A DNA stretch of 64,000 bases, taken from sequence record NZ_CP139428.1. One strand, 5' to 3'. Below the pieces are notes generated by a model, which was not told the origin of the DNA, did not search any database, and was given only the letters and a program-made list of their open reading frames with translations. Both the position numbers and the translations under genes were made by a program. The DNA is from a plasmid. Below are positions 49,580 to 62,853 of this stretch, one piece after another (position 1 is the first letter of the stretch; the number at the start of each line of letters is the position of its first letter).

Positions 49580-50296
49580 ATGAGTGGAACCCCACATAAC
49601 AACAAAGTAACCTATGACGGCTTCAACTGTAACGGCGGTAAGCCGCCCGAAGCCAATACCAGTTGGAGCCATGTAACCAATGCATGGGAATGGAACGACC
49701 TGAAATTAAATCCCGGCTCGATATCTGACTGGTTTCCTGAAGAAGTAAAAGAAGCACTCGAAAATAACATATGTATCATTTGTGGGGAAAAGAACTGTCC
49801 CTATATTAAAAATAACAGAGACTACCAAAATCTCATCAATTCCCTGAAAAGTGGGAACGTGGAAGAAGCAAAAAAAGTTTATAGAACAAAGTTTGCACAA
49901 CTTCGGAAAATACACAAAGCGGAAGTGATGAAAGGACTACAAAAGGCCCGCGATGCAAGAAACAATGGTGTTTGTACCGTGCCTTATACCGGTCCAATTC
50001 AACATAAACGCGCCATCGCTACGCCTGGTGTATGGAGTGAGTGGATTGAGTTATTAAATTCCTTTGCTAACGAAACTTCCCCTAATGTTTATACCGTCAG
50101 TTTTAATCCTTCGTCGAATATGGAGTCTTCTTTTGATGTGGAGATAAAATATCCAGAAGCTAATGGAATGAAAACCATTAACACAATGGGGCCCGGTTCA
50201 TATACAATCAAAGCTACAGGGATCGGAAATACATACATCAGGGTAAAATCACACTCAAGCCCTGTGACTGTTACCTTTGAATTCCCTGATAAATAA
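49580..50296 (+). CDS. Hypothetical protein on a low-GC islet, with a CIICGEKNC cysteine cluster
   Basis: ORF with RBS AGGAG before the ATG at 49580. GC is about 40% against a backbone above 60%. Confidence 0.4.
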   Translation: MSGTPHNNKVTYDGFNCNGGKPPEANTSWSHVTNAWEWNDLKLNPGSISDWFPEEVKEALENNICIICGEKNCPYIKNNRDYQNLINSLKSGNVEEAKKVYRTKFAQLRKIHKAEVMKGLQKARDARNNGVCTVPYTGPIQHKRAIATPGVWSEWIELLNSFANETSPNVYTVSFNPSSNMESSFDVEIKYPEANGMKTINTMGPGSYTIKATGIGNTYIRVKSHSSPVTVTFEFPDK

Positions 50297-50351
50297 CGCT
50301 TCAGTTGAGCGGAGCCACCTTAACTTGGTGGCTCAAGCACTTGATAGGTAG

Positions 50352-50756
50352 TCATGGCTTATTATATGACGACAAAATATCATCAAGGATTTCTTTGTTT
50401 GGGATCATTTGCCTGTATCCATTCTCAGTCTTTAGGCTGCTGGCCACATGAGATTTCATAACTAAATTTGAATTGTAGTAAATGAATAAATCTCTGCCAA
50501 CACTTTTAGAAATAAGCACATTGAGTTTATTTGCACATGCTATATCATTTTTTAATTTTATGGCTAATGCATAGTCATTTTCCGCGCTTTTTTTAATTGG
50601 TGATATTTCCTCGATACACTTTTTATCCAAGATAAATTGAAGATTATTGCTTTCATATACAAGTTTATTTTTTTTACTATCCACACACCCTACTGAAGTG
50701 ACGCAAAGAGCAGTAATTAATATAAATTTAAGCATATTTTCAATCCACGATGTCAT
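50352..50756 (-). CDS. Hypothetical secreted protein or lipoprotein on a low-GC islet
   Basis: Signal peptide ending ALCVTSVGC. Convergent with the previous gene. Confidence 0.4.
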   Translation of the reverse strand: MTSWIENMLKFILITALCVTSVGCVDSKKNKLVYESNNLQFILDKKCIEEISPIKKSAENDYALAIKLKNDIACANKLNVLISKSVGRDLFIYYNSNLVMKSHVASSLKTENGYRQMIPNKEILDDILSSYNKP

Positions 50757-51036
50757 GCTAATAATTATTTAGACCACCATCGATAACACTCAACCCATGT
50801 TTAGTCCAACTTTTGAGCGCATTGGTTGCAGTGGCCATTCCTTTCACACTGGAAACGGTAGTGTTTTTAAGTTGCCAACACAGCTCTTGTTTGCATCCGG
50901 CTTGTCCTTTTCAAAGTGATATGCCCCTATGATGGTAGCATTACAGGGGGAGTATTCCAATGAAAGTGATAATCAATATCATTAACAGCTTTTCACGTTT
51001 TTCTCATTGAACTACGTGTTGCAGTGAAATCGCGCG

Positions 51037-52311
51037 TTATTTCAGTTGCACGACAGGCACATCGTTCAGCCGCGTGGTCCAGGCCGGCGACAGGCGCTGC
51101 CGTTTCATCTTCCAGCCGTCGGCCCGATCGGGAATACCCTGCCCGGCAAACCACACCGGCGCCCGGCCGTCCTGATTGAGGCTGTCGAGCAGCTGCATCA
51201 GACGATCGCCGTTTTTGCGCGGCGGCGCGTCGTCAAACAGGCCGAACTGCGCCACGCGTTCGCTGGTGAAGTCGCCCAGCATCACGCCGCAGCGATGATA
51301 GCGGTGGCCGGCGATGAAGATCCGTTCGAGCGCCCGCCGGGCGGCCTGAATGATGTCACGGCTGTCCTGAGTGGGCGTCGCCAGTCGGGTGGTGGCCTGG
51401 TTGCCATAATAGGTCTCGCCGGCGGCGAACGGACTGGTGGCAACGAACACCGAGATGTGCCGGCAGAACTGCCGCTCGCCACGCAGCTTTTGTGCCGCGC
51501 GCTCGGCATGTGCGCAGACTGCCTGACTGACGCTGTCCAGCTCGGTGGGCTTGTCGCCGAACGAGCGGGAGCAGACGATTTGCTCCTTCGGCGCCGCAAA
51601 TTCCTCCAGGCCCAGGCAGACGATGCCGTTCAGCTCGCGCACCGTGCGCTCGAGCACCACCGAGAACTGACGGCGCGCCGCGGCCGCCGGCATGTCGGCC
51701 AGCTGCAGCGCGGTGCTGATCCCCATCGTCGCCAGCCGGCGGGCAATCCGCCGGCCAACGCCCCACACTTCCTCTACCGGCACGTGCGCCATCAGGCGAC
51801 GTTGACGCGCCGGCGCGCTCAGGTCGACCACACCGCCGGTCTTGTGCCAGGTCTTGGCGGCGTAGTTGGCCAGTTTGGCCAGCGTCTTGGTCGGCGCGAT
51901 ACCGACGCCGACCGTCAGGTGGGTTCGGCGCCGCACCTCTTCACGCAGCCGGCGACCGAGTGATTCCAGCTGCGCGGCCGGGATACCGGTCAGATCGCAG
52001 AAACATTCATCGATTGAATATACTTCCAGTCGCGGCGTCAGCTGGCCAAGGATGGCCATCACCCGATGCGACATGTCGGCGTAGTAGGCATAATTCGACG
52101 AAAACGCCACTACGCCCTGCCGCTCGGCGTCCCGGGCGATTTTGAACCAGGGCTCCCCCATCTTGATGCCGCAGGCTTTCGCCTCGCGGCTGCGCGCGAC
52201 GACGCAGCCGTCATTATTGGACAGCACCACCACCGGCCGGCCGCGCAGATCGGGGCGAAAGACGGTTTCGCAGGAGGCGTAGAAGCTGTTGACGTCAACC
52301 AGGGCAAACAT
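51037..52311 (-). CDS. umuC: UmuC / Pol V Y-family DNA polymerase subunit
   Basis: [15 protein letters not shown] ... [11 protein letters not shown] is a typical UmuC/MucB N-terminus, 424 aa. Confidence 0.9.
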   Translation of the reverse strand: MFALVDVNSFYASCETVFRPDLRGRPVVVLSNNDGCVVARSREAKACGIKMGEPWFKIARDAERQGVVAFSSNYAYYADMSHRVMAILGQLTPRLEVYSIDECFCDLTGIPAAQLESLGRRLREEVRRRTHLTVGVGIAPTKTLAKLANYAAKTWHKTGGVVDLSAPARQRRLMAHVPVEEVWGVGRRIARRLATMGISTALQLADMPAAAARRQFSVVLERTVRELNGIVCLGLEEFAAPKEQIVCSRSFGDKPTELDSVSQAVCAHAERAAQKLRGERQFCRHISVFVATSPFAAGETYYGNQATTRLATPTQDSRDIIQAARRALERIFIAGHRYHRCGVMLGDFTSERVAQFGLFDDAPPRKNGDRLMQLLDSLNQDGRAPVWFAGQGIPDRADGWKMKRQRLSPAWTTRLNDVPVVQLK

Positions 52312-52365
52312 GGCGGGGTTCTCCGGGCTTTGCGGAATGGGCAGATGGCGATAACCGGGGTCGGG

Positions 52366-52443
52366 TTACAGCGTGTGAATGGCGTGGCGCACCACGCCGA
52401 AGATCACGGTTTCGATGTCGTCGCCGAGCGGAATGGGCGCAAA
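52366..52443 (-). pseudogene. umuD: umuD 3' fragment (C-terminal 25 codons), separated from its 5' part by a transposon
   Basis: FAPIPLGDDIETVIFGVVRHAIHTL matches the UmuD C-terminus. It joins in frame with the fragment at 62887-63194 through the 5-bp duplication. Confidence 0.8.
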
Positions 52444-52632
52444 GGGGGAACCGCAGAATTCGGAAAAAATCGTACGCTAAGCTAACGGTGTTCTCGTGAC
52501 AGCTCTTTGACTAGGCTTTCTAAGGCCATTCTGATAGCCCTGACTTCCTGAAAAGCCATGGCTAAAATTTGTGCGGCTAAAAGGGATAACCGATGGTAAA
52601 GTAAGTTATCCCTGTCGAGATACTGAAAAGCG

Positions 52633-53688
52633 TTATCCTCGTTTTTCCCAAAACTGTTTTGCCAGTTCGCTCAGAGCGCTAGTTAACTGAGCGACAGATT
52701 TCGCACTTTGCAAATTATTCTGCCCGGTCTGTACATTGGTATCAGCAGCATCGCGTATATTGATAATACTGCGGTTTATGTCTTCACTTACTGCTCCCTG
52801 CTGCTCGACCGCAGTCGCTATTTGCGCGTTCATGTCGGTAATTTCGTTAACGCGTTGGCCAATTCCATCAAGAGCTGTAGCTGCTTCCTCTGCGTGAGCT
52901 ACACTCGTGTGCGCTTGCCGACTACTTTGCTCCATGACTGTAACAGCGGATTGCGCTCGCTCTTGTAGAGCGCTGATCATGCTTTGAATATCCGTTGTCG
53001 ATTGCTGTGTGCGAGCAGCAAGACTGCGAACCTCATCGGCGACAACAGCAAAACCACGCCCCTGCTCACCAGCACGCGCGGCCTCAATTGCTGCGTTGAG
53101 TGCCAACAAATTCGTTTGCTCGGCGATCCCTCGTATAACGTCAAGAACTTTTGATATCTCGTTACTTTGACCTTCAAGCTCATGAATAACCTGAGTGGCT
53201 TGCCTAATTTCACCTTCAAGGGCAGTGATTGACTGGCTTGTGTGGGCTACCAGACGCTGGCCAGATGCCGTCTCAGTGTCTGCTCTTCCGGCCGCATCTG
53301 CAGCATGCTGTGCATTGCTCGCAACCTCTTGAATGCTTGCCACCATTTGGTTTACTGCCGTTGCTATTTGATCTGTCTCTGCCTGCTGCTCAACTGTAAG
53401 TACATTGCTTGACTCAATATCCTTTAGTAGGCCTCGGGTGTGTTCGCTAAGCCGATTTGATGCATCACCTATGCGACCTACTATGGCGCCTGTTTCAGCT
53501 TGCATCATTCGTAAAGCAAACTCTATTTGGCCAAACTCATCGGTGCGCCCAGTGTAGAGGGATTGACTTAATGGGTTATTGGAAATATTCCTGGCTCTTT
53601 CAACCAGTCTTCCAAGAGGAGAGAGAATAGCCAAAACACTAACAGAGCTTAAGCTTCCTGACATTAAAGTGGCTAACACCTAGATTCT
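52633..53688 (-). pseudogene. mcp: Methyl-accepting chemotaxis protein gene of the transposon, 3' part (HAMP plus signalling domain)
   Basis: MCP signalling domain [31 protein letters not shown]. Ends at the ISEcp1 left inverted repeat. Confidence 0.8.
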
Positions 53689-55334
53689 ACGTCAGTACTT
53701 CAAAAAGCATAATCAAAGCCTTGATAAATATGCATTCCTTCGAAATTCAGCTTTCACCCATTGGGTGAAAGAAAAGTGCTCAAAAATATGTTAAATTATC
53801 AGCTTTTATGACTCGATATATGGTAAAATAATAGTAAGAAAAGTAGTAAAAAGGGGTTCTAATTATGATTAATAAAATTGATTTCAAAGCTAAGAATCTA
53901 ACATCAAATGCAGGTCTTTTTCTGCTCCTTGAGAATGCAAAAAGCAATGGGATTTTTGATTTTATTGAAAATGACCTCGTATTTGATAATGACTCAACAA
54001 ATAAAATCAAGATGAATCATATAAAGACCATGCTCTGCGGTCACTTCATTGGCATTGATAAGTTAGAACGTCTAAAGCTACTTCAAAATGATCCCCTCGT
54101 CAACGAGTTTGATATTTCCGTAAAAGAACCTGAAACAGTGTCACGGTTTCTAGGAAACTTCAACTTCAAGACAACCCAAATGTTTAGAGACATTAATTTT
54201 AAAGTCTTTAAAAAACTGCTCACTAAAAGTAAATTGACATCCATTACGATTGATATTGATAGTAGTGTAATTAACGTAGAAGGTCATCAAGAAGGTGCGT
54301 CAAAAGGATATAATCCTAAGAAACTGGGAAACCGATGCTACAATATCCAATTTGCATTTTGCGACGAATTAAAAGCATATGTTACCGGATTTGTAAGAAG
54401 TGGCAATACTTACACTGCAAACGGTGCTGCGGAAATGATCAAAGAAATTGTTGCTAACATCAAATCAGACGATTTAGAAATTTTATTTCGAATGGATAGT
54501 GGCTACTTTGATGAAAAAATTATCGAAACGATAGAATCTCTTGGATGCAAATATTTAATTAAAGCCAAAAGTTATTCTACACTCACCTCACAAGCAACGA
54601 ATTCATCAATTGTATTCGTTAAAGGAGAAGAAGGTAGAGAAACTACAGAACTGTATACAAAATTAGTTAAATGGGAAAAAGACAGAAGATTTGTCGTATC
54701 TCGCGTACTGAAACCAGAAAAAGAAAGAGCACAATTATCACTTTTAGAAGGTTCCGAATACGACTACTTTTTCTTTGTAACAAATACTACCTTGCTTTCT
54801 GAAAAAGTAGTTATATACTATGAAAAGCGTGGTAATGCTGAAAACTATATCAAAGAAGCCAAATACGACATGGCGGTGGGTCATCTCTTGCTAAAGTCAT
54901 TTTGGGCGAATGAAGCCGTGTTTCAAATGATGATGCTTTCATATAACCTATTTTTGTTGTTCAAGTTTGATTCCTTGGACTCTTCAGAATACAGACAGCA
55001 AATAAAGACCTTTCGTTTGAAGTATGTATTTCTTGCAGCAAAAATAATCAAAACCGCAAGATATGTAATCATGAAGTTGTCGGAAAACTATCCGTACAAG
55101 GGAGTGTATGAAAAATGTCTGGTATAATAAGAATATCATCAATAAAATTGAGTGTTGCTCTGTGGATAACTTGCAGAGTTTATTAAGTATCATTGCAGCA
55201 AAGATGAAATCAATGATTTATCAAAAATGATTGAAAGGTGGTTGTAAATAATGTTACAATGTGTGAGAAGCAGTCTAAATTCTTCGTGAAATAGTGATTT
55301 TTGAAGCTAATAAAAAACACACGTGGAATTTAGG
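53689..55334 (+). mobile_element. ISEcp1 (IS1380 family)
   Basis: Left inverted repeat CCTAGATTCTACGTCAGTA at 53689 and right inverted repeat ending ACGTGGAATTTAGG at 55334. The transposase ORF lies inside, and the GC is low. Confidence 0.85.
53865..55127 (+). CDS. tnpA: ISEcp1 transposase
   Basis: 420-aa IS1380-family transposase starting MINKIDFKAKNLTSNAGL. Confidence 0.9.
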   Translation: MINKIDFKAKNLTSNAGLFLLLENAKSNGIFDFIENDLVFDNDSTNKIKMNHIKTMLCGHFIGIDKLERLKLLQNDPLVNEFDISVKEPETVSRFLGNFNFKTTQMFRDINFKVFKKLLTKSKLTSITIDIDSSVINVEGHQEGASKGYNPKKLGNRCYNIQFAFCDELKAYVTGFVRSGNTYTANGAAEMIKEIVANIKSDDLEILFRMDSGYFDEKIIETIESLGCKYLIKAKSYSTLTSQATNSSIVFVKGEEGRETTELYTKLVKWEKDRRFVVSRVLKPEKERAQLSLLEGSEYDYFFFVTNTTLLSEKVVIYYEKRGNAENYIKEAKYDMAVGHLLLKSFWANEAVFQMMMLSYNLFLLFKFDSLDSSEYRQQIKTFRLKYVFLAAKIIKTARYVIMKLSENYPYKGVYEKCLV

Positions 55335-55358
55335 GAATACTGATGTAACACGGATTGA

Positions 55359-56252
<894 letters not shown>

Positions 56253-56254
56253 CT

Positions 56255-57311
56255 GGTTTTGTTGAATAAATCGAACTTTTGCTGAGTTGAAGGATCAGAT
56301 CACGTATCTTCCCGACAACGCAGACCGTTCCGTGGCAAAGCAAAAGTTCAAAATCACCAACTGGCCCACCTACAATAAAGCCCTCATCAACCGTGGCTCC
56401 ATAACTTTCTGGCTGGATGATGAAGCTATTCAGGCCTGGTATGAGTCAGCAACACCTTCTTCACGAGGCAGACCTCAGCGCTATTCTGACCTTGCCATCA
56501 CGACTGTGCTGGTCATTAAACGCGTATTCAGGCTGACCCTGCGCGCTGCGCAGGGCTTTATTGATTCCATTTTTTCTCTGATGAACGTTCCGCTACGCTG
56601 CCCGGATTACAGCTGTGTCAGCAGGCGGGCAAAGTCGGTTAATATCAGTTTCAAAACGCCCACCCGGGGTGAAATCGCACACCTGGTAATTGATTCCACC
56701 GGGCTGAAGGTCTTCGGTGAAGGCGAGTGGAAAGTCAAAAAGCATGGCCAGGAACGCCGTCGTATATGGCGTAAGCTGCATCTGGCAGTTGACAGTAAAA
56801 CACATGAAATCATCTGCGCTGACCTGTCGCTGAACAACGTTACGGACTCAGAGGCCTTCCCCGGGTTAATCCGGCAAACCCACCGGAAAATCAGGTCAGC
56901 CGCCGCCGATGGAGCTTACGATACCCGGCTCTGTCACGATGAACTGCGGCGTAAGAAAATCAGCGCGCTTATCCCGCCCCGAAAAGGTGCGGGTTACTGG
57001 CCCGGTGAATATGCAGACCGTAACCGTGCAGTGGCTAATCAGCGAATGACCGGGAGTAATGCGCGGTGGAAATGGACAACAGATTACAACCGTCGCTCGA
57101 TAGCGGAAACGGCGATGTACCGGGTAAAACAGCTGTTCGGGGGTTCACTGACGCTGCGTGACTACGATGGTCAGGTTGCGGAGGCTATGGCCCTGGTACG
57201 AGCGCTGAACAAAATGACGAAAGCAGGTATGCCTGAAAGCGTGCGTATTGCCTGAAAACACAACCCGCTACGGGGGAGACTTACCCGAAATCTGATTTAT
57301 TCAACAAAGCC
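56255..57311 (+). mobile_element. IS903 (IS5 family), 1057 bp
   Basis: Terminal 18-bp inverted repeats GGTTTTGTTGAATAAATC at 56255 and GATTTATTCAACAAAGCC ending at 57311. Contains the transposase ORF 56287-57255. Confidence 0.85.
56287..57255 (+). CDS. tnpA: IS903 transposase (start may be internal to this ORF)
   Basis: DDE transposase of the IS5/IS903 family, bounded by the IS903 inverted repeats. Confidence 0.8.
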   Translation: MKDQITYLPDNADRSVAKQKFKITNWPTYNKALINRGSITFWLDDEAIQAWYESATPSSRGRPQRYSDLAITTVLVIKRVFRLTLRAAQGFIDSIFSLMNVPLRCPDYSCVSRRAKSVNISFKTPTRGEIAHLVIDSTGLKVFGEGEWKVKKHGQERRRIWRKLHLAVDSKTHEIICADLSLNNVTDSEAFPGLIRQTHRKIRSAAADGAYDTRLCHDELRRKKISALIPPRKGAGYWPGEYADRNRAVANQRMTGSNARWKWTTDYNRRSIAETAMYRVKQLFGGSLTLRDYDGQVAEAMALVRALNKMTKAGMPESVRIA

Positions 57312-58409
57312 ACGCGCTGGACACACCACGATGACAGCGGTTTTATCCCTTACGCCATCACCACCGGCCTTGATTACGAGGCGATGACCGAACAGCGCAA
57401 AGGCTATGAGAACTTTGTTTATCAGAACGGCGTTTACGATCTCGGCACCAAAGGTGATATGCGACGTAACGAACGTAACCTGATGTGGAACCTCGATCCC
57501 TACATTCAAACGCACTGGCAGCTCACCTCAGCCCTGGGGCTGGACGCCGGGGCGCGCTATAGCTCGGTATGGTTTGATTCCAACGATCGTTATGTTGTAG
57601 GTAAAAATGGTGATGATAGCGGCGAAGCGAGCTATCACAAGTGGCTTCCGGCGGCAGCGCTGAAGTATGCCATGACGCCGCAGTGGAACGTTTACCTCTC
57701 TGCCGGGAGGGGATTTGAAACGCCGACCATTAACGAGCTGTCCTATCGTCCCGATGGTCAGTCCGGGCTTAACTTTGCTCTGCAACCGGCCACTAACACC
57801 ACCGTTGAAGCAGGCAGTAAATGGCAGGTGGGCACCGGGATGGCGAGCCTGAGCGTCTTCAATACGGACACGAAAAATGAAATTGTCGTTGCCGCCAGCG
57901 ACAATGGCCGTACGTCCTATCAGAACGCGGGCAAGACGCGCCGCCGCGGGGTCGAACTGGGATGGGATCAGCAATTTGCGCCCGCCTGGCGCGCCAAACT
58001 GGCGTGGACGCTGCTGGATGCGACCTACCGTGAAAACGCCGGCGATGCTATTCAGAGCGGCAATCGGATCCCGGGGATTGCACGTAATAGCGCCTATGCC
58101 TCCTTTGGCTGGGTGCCGGAAGAGGGATGGTACGCTGGCGCTGAAGTCCGCTATATGAGCGATATTCAGGTCAACGATGCCAATAGCGAGCAGGCTCCAG
58201 CCTATACGGTGACGGCACTGAATACCGGCTATAAATATGTGCTAGATAACTGGACCGTCGACCTCTATACGCGCGTTGATAACCTGTTTGATAAGCGCTA
58301 CGTCGGCTCTGTTATCGTCAACGAGAGCAACGGACGCTATTATGAACCGGCGCCGGGCCGTAACTATGGCGTTGGGCTATCGGTCAGCTATCAGTTTGAT
58401 TCGCTGTAA
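57312..58409 (+). pseudogene. iroN: Truncated TonB-dependent siderophore receptor gene (iroN 3' fragment)
   Basis: C-terminal beta-barrel of a TonB-dependent receptor ending YQFDSL. It begins abruptly at the IS903 end. This is the classic ISEcp1-blaCTX-M-14-IS903-delta-iroN arrangement. Confidence 0.7.
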
Positions 58410-59013
58410 CAATACGGCTGCCGGAGAGTGCTATTGAGGTGAGGCTCCGGCAGCGGGTAAAGGCGTTGATTCCTGGTAACAATAAGCTGCTTATTGATGT
58501 ATCAGTAAGCATGCCGGCAGCCATTGCGCTTGATATAATACTACCCCATATGAGCAAGAGTATTTTCACGGAAAAGCTAGCAGCCAATTTCGGCCTCGCG
58601 GCCTTCCCGCTTCTCAATTGAGCATATAATTTTTCCGCAGCCAAAACCTGCTCAGGTTCAGGCTTGGTCCTTACAGACTGGTATTCAACAATCGAACCAT
58701 TCTTAGCTATTGGCGTTACATAAGCACTTACCCAATAGTGGTCGCCATTTTTACAGCGATTTTTTACTAGCCCCATCCATGAGCGGCCAGATTTTAATGT
58801 ACTCCACATATGCTCAAATGCAGCAGGCGGCATATCTGGGTGTCTTACGATGTTGTGAGGCTGGCCTAATAGTTCTTCCTCAGTGAAACCACTGATTTTA
58901 ATGAAGTCAGGATTAACGTACGTGATATGGCTTTGAGGGGAGGTAGTCGAAAGAATATTGGCATCTTTTGGGAGTTCTAAGTTTCGACCCGTCACTGGTA
59001 AATTCTGGCGCAT
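58407..59013 (-). pseudogene. mcp: mcp 5' part (PAS sensor domain plus transmembrane region), separated from its 3' part by the ISEcp1 transposition unit
   Basis: N-terminal PAS domain (ITYVNPDFIKISGFTEEELLGQPHNIVRHPDMP). TSD TAACA at 53684-53688 and 58407-58411 brackets the inserted unit 53689-58406. Confidence 0.75.
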
Positions 59014-59322
59014 AAGAACCTCAAGGGTTGGCTGTTTTATTTTATTGTTTTCGGCATTAAGCCCAATTTCTTGAGCGTTACGATAAAGCTAGCATGGAAA
59101 CGATAGGTGCAAGCAAGTTAAGGGTTGCATCGCGCATGTCAATCTAGGCTATACCCTAACTTGATGTCAGGCAGGGCCGCGCCGCTTCGTCAGAATAGAG
59201 TCTGCTTTCCCATTTTTTGACACATGCCCGCGAAGGTTATAGATTTCAGCCTGACAGAAATGGGCTTTGAGGCACAACGGAACAGAAAGTGCACTTAAGC
59301 CGCCTTCAACCAAGGAGACATC
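59014..59322. promoter_or_regulatory. res (resolution) site and tnpR promoter region of the transposon
   Basis: Position between mcp and tnpR, as in Tn1721/Tn21-subgroup elements. Confidence 0.45.
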
Positions 59323-59883
59323 GTGCAGGGGCACCGCATCGGCTACGTCCGGGTCAGCAGCTTTGACCAGAACCCGGAACGCCAGCTGGAACAAACCCAG
59401 GTGAGCAAGGTGTTCACCGACAAGGCATCGGGCAAGGACACCCAGCGCCCCCAGCTCGAAGCGCTGCTGAGCTTCGTCCGCGAAGGCGATACAGTGGTGG
59501 TGCACAGCATGGATCGGCTGGCCCGCAACCTCGATGACCTGCGTCGCTTGGTACAGAAGCTGACTCAGCGCGGCGTGCGCATCGAGTTCCTGAAGGAGGG
59601 CCTGGTGTTCACTGGCGAGGACTCGCCGATGGCCAACCTGATGCTGTCGGTGATGGGGGCCTTCGCTGAGTTCGAGCGCGCCCTGATCCGCGAGCGGCAG
59701 CGTGAGGGCATCGCCTTGGCCAAGCAGCGTGGCGCGTACCGGGGCCGCAAGAAAGCCCTGTCCGATGAGCAGGCTGCTACCCTGCGGCAGCGAGCGACGG
59801 CCGGCGAGCCCAAGGCGCAGCTTGCCCGCGAGTTCAACATCAGCCGGGAAACCCTCTACCAGTACCTCCGCACGGACGACTGA
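59323..59883 (+). CDS. tnpR: TnpR serine resolvase
   Basis: MQGHRIGYVRVSSFDQNPERQ catalytic-serine region and a C-terminal HTH, 186 aa. Confidence 0.95.
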   Translation: MQGHRIGYVRVSSFDQNPERQLEQTQVSKVFTDKASGKDTQRPQLEALLSFVREGDTVVVHSMDRLARNLDDLRRLVQKLTQRGVRIEFLKEGLVFTGEDSPMANLMLSVMGAFAEFERALIRERQREGIALAKQRGAYRGRKKALSDEQAATLRQRATAGEPKAQLAREFNISRETLYQYLRTDD

Positions 59884-59886
59884 CAC

Positions 59887-62853
59887 ATGCCGCGTCGCTT
59901 GATCCTCTCGGCCACGGAGCGGGACACCCTGCTTGCGCTGCCGGAAAGCCAGGATGACCTGATCCGCTACTACACCTTCAACGACTCCGACCTGTCGCTG
60001 ATCCGCCAGCGACGCGGCGACGCCAACCGCCTCGGCTTCGCCGTGCAGCTCTGCCTGCTGCGCTACCCCGGTTACGCGCTGGGAACCGACAGCGAGCTGC
60101 CCGAGCCGGTCATCCTGTGGGTGGCGAAGCAAGTCCAGGCCGAGCCGGCGAGCTGGGCAAAGTACGGCGAGCGCGACGTGACCCGTCGCGAGCATGCCCA
60201 GGAACTGCGCACCTACCTGCAACTGGCCCCGTTCGGCCTGTCCGACTTCCGCGCCCTGGTGCGCGAGCTAACCGAGCTGGCCCAGCAGACCGACAAAGGC
60301 TTGCTGCTGGCCGGTCAGGCCCTGGAGAGCCTACGGCAGAAACGACGCATCCTGCCGGCGCTGAGCGTGATTGACCGGGCCTGCTCGGAAGCCATTGCGC
60401 GAGCCAATCGGCGGGTCTACCGCGCCCTGGTCGAACCACTCACGGACTCGCATCGGGCCAAGCTGGACGAGCTGTTGAAGCTCAAGGCCGGCAGCAGCAT
60501 CACCTGGTTGACCTGGCTGCGCCAGGCACCGCTGAAACCCAACTCTCGGCACATGCTGGAACACATCGAGCGGCTGAAGACATTTCAGTTGGTGGACTTG
60601 CCCGAAGGCCTGGGCCGGCACATCCACCAGAACCGCCTGCTCAAGCTGGCCCGCGAGGGTGGGCAGATGACGCCCAAAGACCTCGGTAAGTTCGAGCCGC
60701 AGCGCCGCTACGCGACCCTGGCCGCCGTGGTGCTGGAGAGCACCGCGACCGTGATCGATGAGCTGGTCGATCTGCATGACCGCATCCTGGTCAAGCTGTT
60801 CAGCGGCGCGAAGCACAAGCATCAGCAGCAGTTCCAGAAGCAGGGCAAGGCGATCAACGACAAGGTGCGCCTGTACTCCAGGATCGGCCAGGCGCTGCTG
60901 GAAGCGAAGGAAAGCGGCAGCGACCCCTATGCCGCCATCGAGGCGGTGATTCCCTGGGACGAGTTCACCGAGAGCGTCAGCGAGGCCGAGCTGCTGGCCC
61001 GGCCGGAAGGCTTCGACCACCTGCACCTGGTCGGCGAGAACTTCGCCACCCTGCGCCGTTACACGCCGGCCTTGCTGGAGGTGCTGGAACTGCGCGCCGC
61101 GCCGGCCGCGCAAGGCGTGCTGGCAGCCGTGCAGACCCTGCGTGAGATGAACGCCGACAACCTGCGCAAGGTGCCGGCCGATGCACCCACGGCCTTCATC
61201 AAGCCGCGCTGGAAGCCGCTGGTGATCACCCCGGAAGGCCTCGACCGGAAATTCTACGAAATCTGCGCCCTGTCCGAGCTGAAGAACGCCCTGCGCTCCG
61301 GCGACATCTGGGTCAAGGGCTCGCGGCAGTTCCGCGACTTCGACGACTACCTGCTGCCGGCCGAGAAGTTCGCCGCACTCAAGCGCGAGCAGGCCCTGCC
61401 CCTGGCGATCAACCCGAACAGCGACCAGTACCTGGAAGAGCGTTTGCAGCTGCTGGACGAGCAGTTGGCCACCGTCACCCGCCTGGCCAAGGACAACGAG
61501 CTGCCCGATGCCATCCTCACCGAGTCAGGGCTGAAAATCACCCCGCTGGATGCGGCGGTGCCGGATCGGGCGCAGGCGCTGATCGACCAAACCAGCCAGT
61601 TACTGCCGCGCATCAAGATCACCGAACTGCTGATGGACGTGGACGACTGGACGGGCTTCAGCCGCCACTTCACCCACTTGAAGGACGGGGCCGAGGCCAA
61701 AGACAGGACGTTGCTGCTGTCCGCAATCCTCGGTGATGCGATCAACCTCGGGCTGACCAAGATGGCCGAGTCGAGCCCCGGCCTGACCTACGCCAAGCTG
61801 TCCTGGCTGCAAGCCTGGCACATCCGCGACGAAACCTATTCGGCGGCCTTGGCCGAGCTGGTCAACCACCAGTATCGCCACGCCTTTGCCGCCCACTGGG
61901 GCGACGGCACGACCTCATCCTCCGATGGCCAGCGCTTCCGCGCGGGTGGCCGGGGCGAGAGCACCGGGCACGTCAACCCGAAGTACGGTAGCGAGCCGGG
62001 ACGGCTGTTCTATACCCATATCTCCGACCAGTACGCGCCGTTCAGCACCCGCGTGGTGAATGTCGGCGTCCGCGATTCCACCTATGTGCTCGACGGCCTG
62101 CTGTACCACGAGTCCGACCTGCGGATCGAGGAGCACTACACCGACACGGCCGGCTTCACCGATCACGTCTTTGCCCTGATGCACCTGCTAGGCTTCCGCT
62201 TCGCGCCGCGCATCCGCGACCTCGGCGAAACCAAGCTGTACGTGCCGCAGGGCGTGCAAGCCTACCCGACGTTGCGCCCGCTGATCGGCGGCACCCTGAA
62301 CATCAAGCACGTGCGTGCCCACTGGGACGACATCCTGCGCCTGGCCAGCTCGATCAAGCAGGGCACCGTCACCGCCTCGCTGATGCTGCGCAAGCTCGGC
62401 AGCTACCCGCGCCAGAACGGACTGGCCGTGGCCCTGCGCGAGCTGGGCCGGATCGAGCGCACGCTGTTCATCCTGGACTGGCTGCAAAGTGTTGAACTGC
62501 GCCGCCGCGTGCATGCCGGCCTGAACAAAGGTGAGGCGCGCAACTCGCTGGCCAGGGCGGTGTTCTTCAACCGCCTTGGGGAAATCAGGGATCGGAGCTT
62601 CGAGCAGCAGCGCTACCGGGCCAGCGGCCTCAACCTGGTGACGGCGGCTATCGTGCTGTGGAACACGGTGTACCTGGAACGCGCCACCCAGGGGTTGGTC
62701 GAGGCCGGCAAGCCGGTGGACGGCGAGCTGCTGCAATTCCTGTCGCCGCTGGGCTGGGAGCACATCAACCTAACCGGCGATTACGTCTGGCGGCAGAGCC
62801 GCAGACTGGAAGACGGGAAGTTTCGGCCCTTACGGATGCCCGGAAAACCTTAG
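59887..62853 (+). CDS. tnpA: Tn3-family TnpA transposase
   Basis: 988 aa, ending just inside the right inverted repeat. Confidence 0.95.
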   Translation: MPRRLILSATERDTLLALPESQDDLIRYYTFNDSDLSLIRQRRGDANRLGFAVQLCLLRYPGYALGTDSELPEPVILWVAKQVQAEPASWAKYGERDVTRREHAQELRTYLQLAPFGLSDFRALVRELTELAQQTDKGLLLAGQALESLRQKRRILPALSVIDRACSEAIARANRRVYRALVEPLTDSHRAKLDELLKLKAGSSITWLTWLRQAPLKPNSRHMLEHIERLKTFQLVDLPEGLGRHIHQNRLLKLAREGGQMTPKDLGKFEPQRRYATLAAVVLESTATVIDELVDLHDRILVKLFSGAKHKHQQQFQKQGKAINDKVRLYSRIGQALLEAKESGSDPYAAIEAVIPWDEFTESVSEAELLARPEGFDHLHLVGENFATLRRYTPALLEVLELRAAPAAQGVLAAVQTLREMNADNLRKVPADAPTAFIKPRWKPLVITPEGLDRKFYEICALSELKNALRSGDIWVKGSRQFRDFDDYLLPAEKFAALKREQALPLAINPNSDQYLEERLQLLDEQLATVTRLAKDNELPDAILTESGLKITPLDAAVPDRAQALIDQTSQLLPRIKITELLMDVDDWTGFSRHFTHLKDGAEAKDRTLLLSAILGDAINLGLTKMAESSPGLTYAKLSWLQAWHIRDETYSAALAELVNHQYRHAFAAHWGDGTTSSSDGQRFRAGGRGESTGHVNPKYGSEPGRLFYTHISDQYAPFSTRVVNVGVRDSTYVLDGLLYHESDLRIEEHYTDTAGFTDHVFALMHLLGFRFAPRIRDLGETKLYVPQGVQAYPTLRPLIGGTLNIKHVRAHWDDILRLASSIKQGTVTASLMLRKLGSYPRQNGLAVALRELGRIERTLFILDWLQSVELRRRVHAGLNKGEARNSLARAVFFNRLGEIRDRSFEQQRYRASGLNLVTAAIVLWNTVYLERATQGLVEAGKPVDGELLQFLSPLGWEHINLTGDYVWRQSRRLEDGKFRPLRMPGKP

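Noticed and set aside
57384-58409. Treating the iroN-like ORF as an intact gene starting at the Met at 57384
   Set aside because: The frame is open from the IS903 boundary and the protein corresponds only to the C-terminal barrel of a TonB-dependent receptor, with no signal peptide, plug domain or TonB box. It is a truncated remnant.
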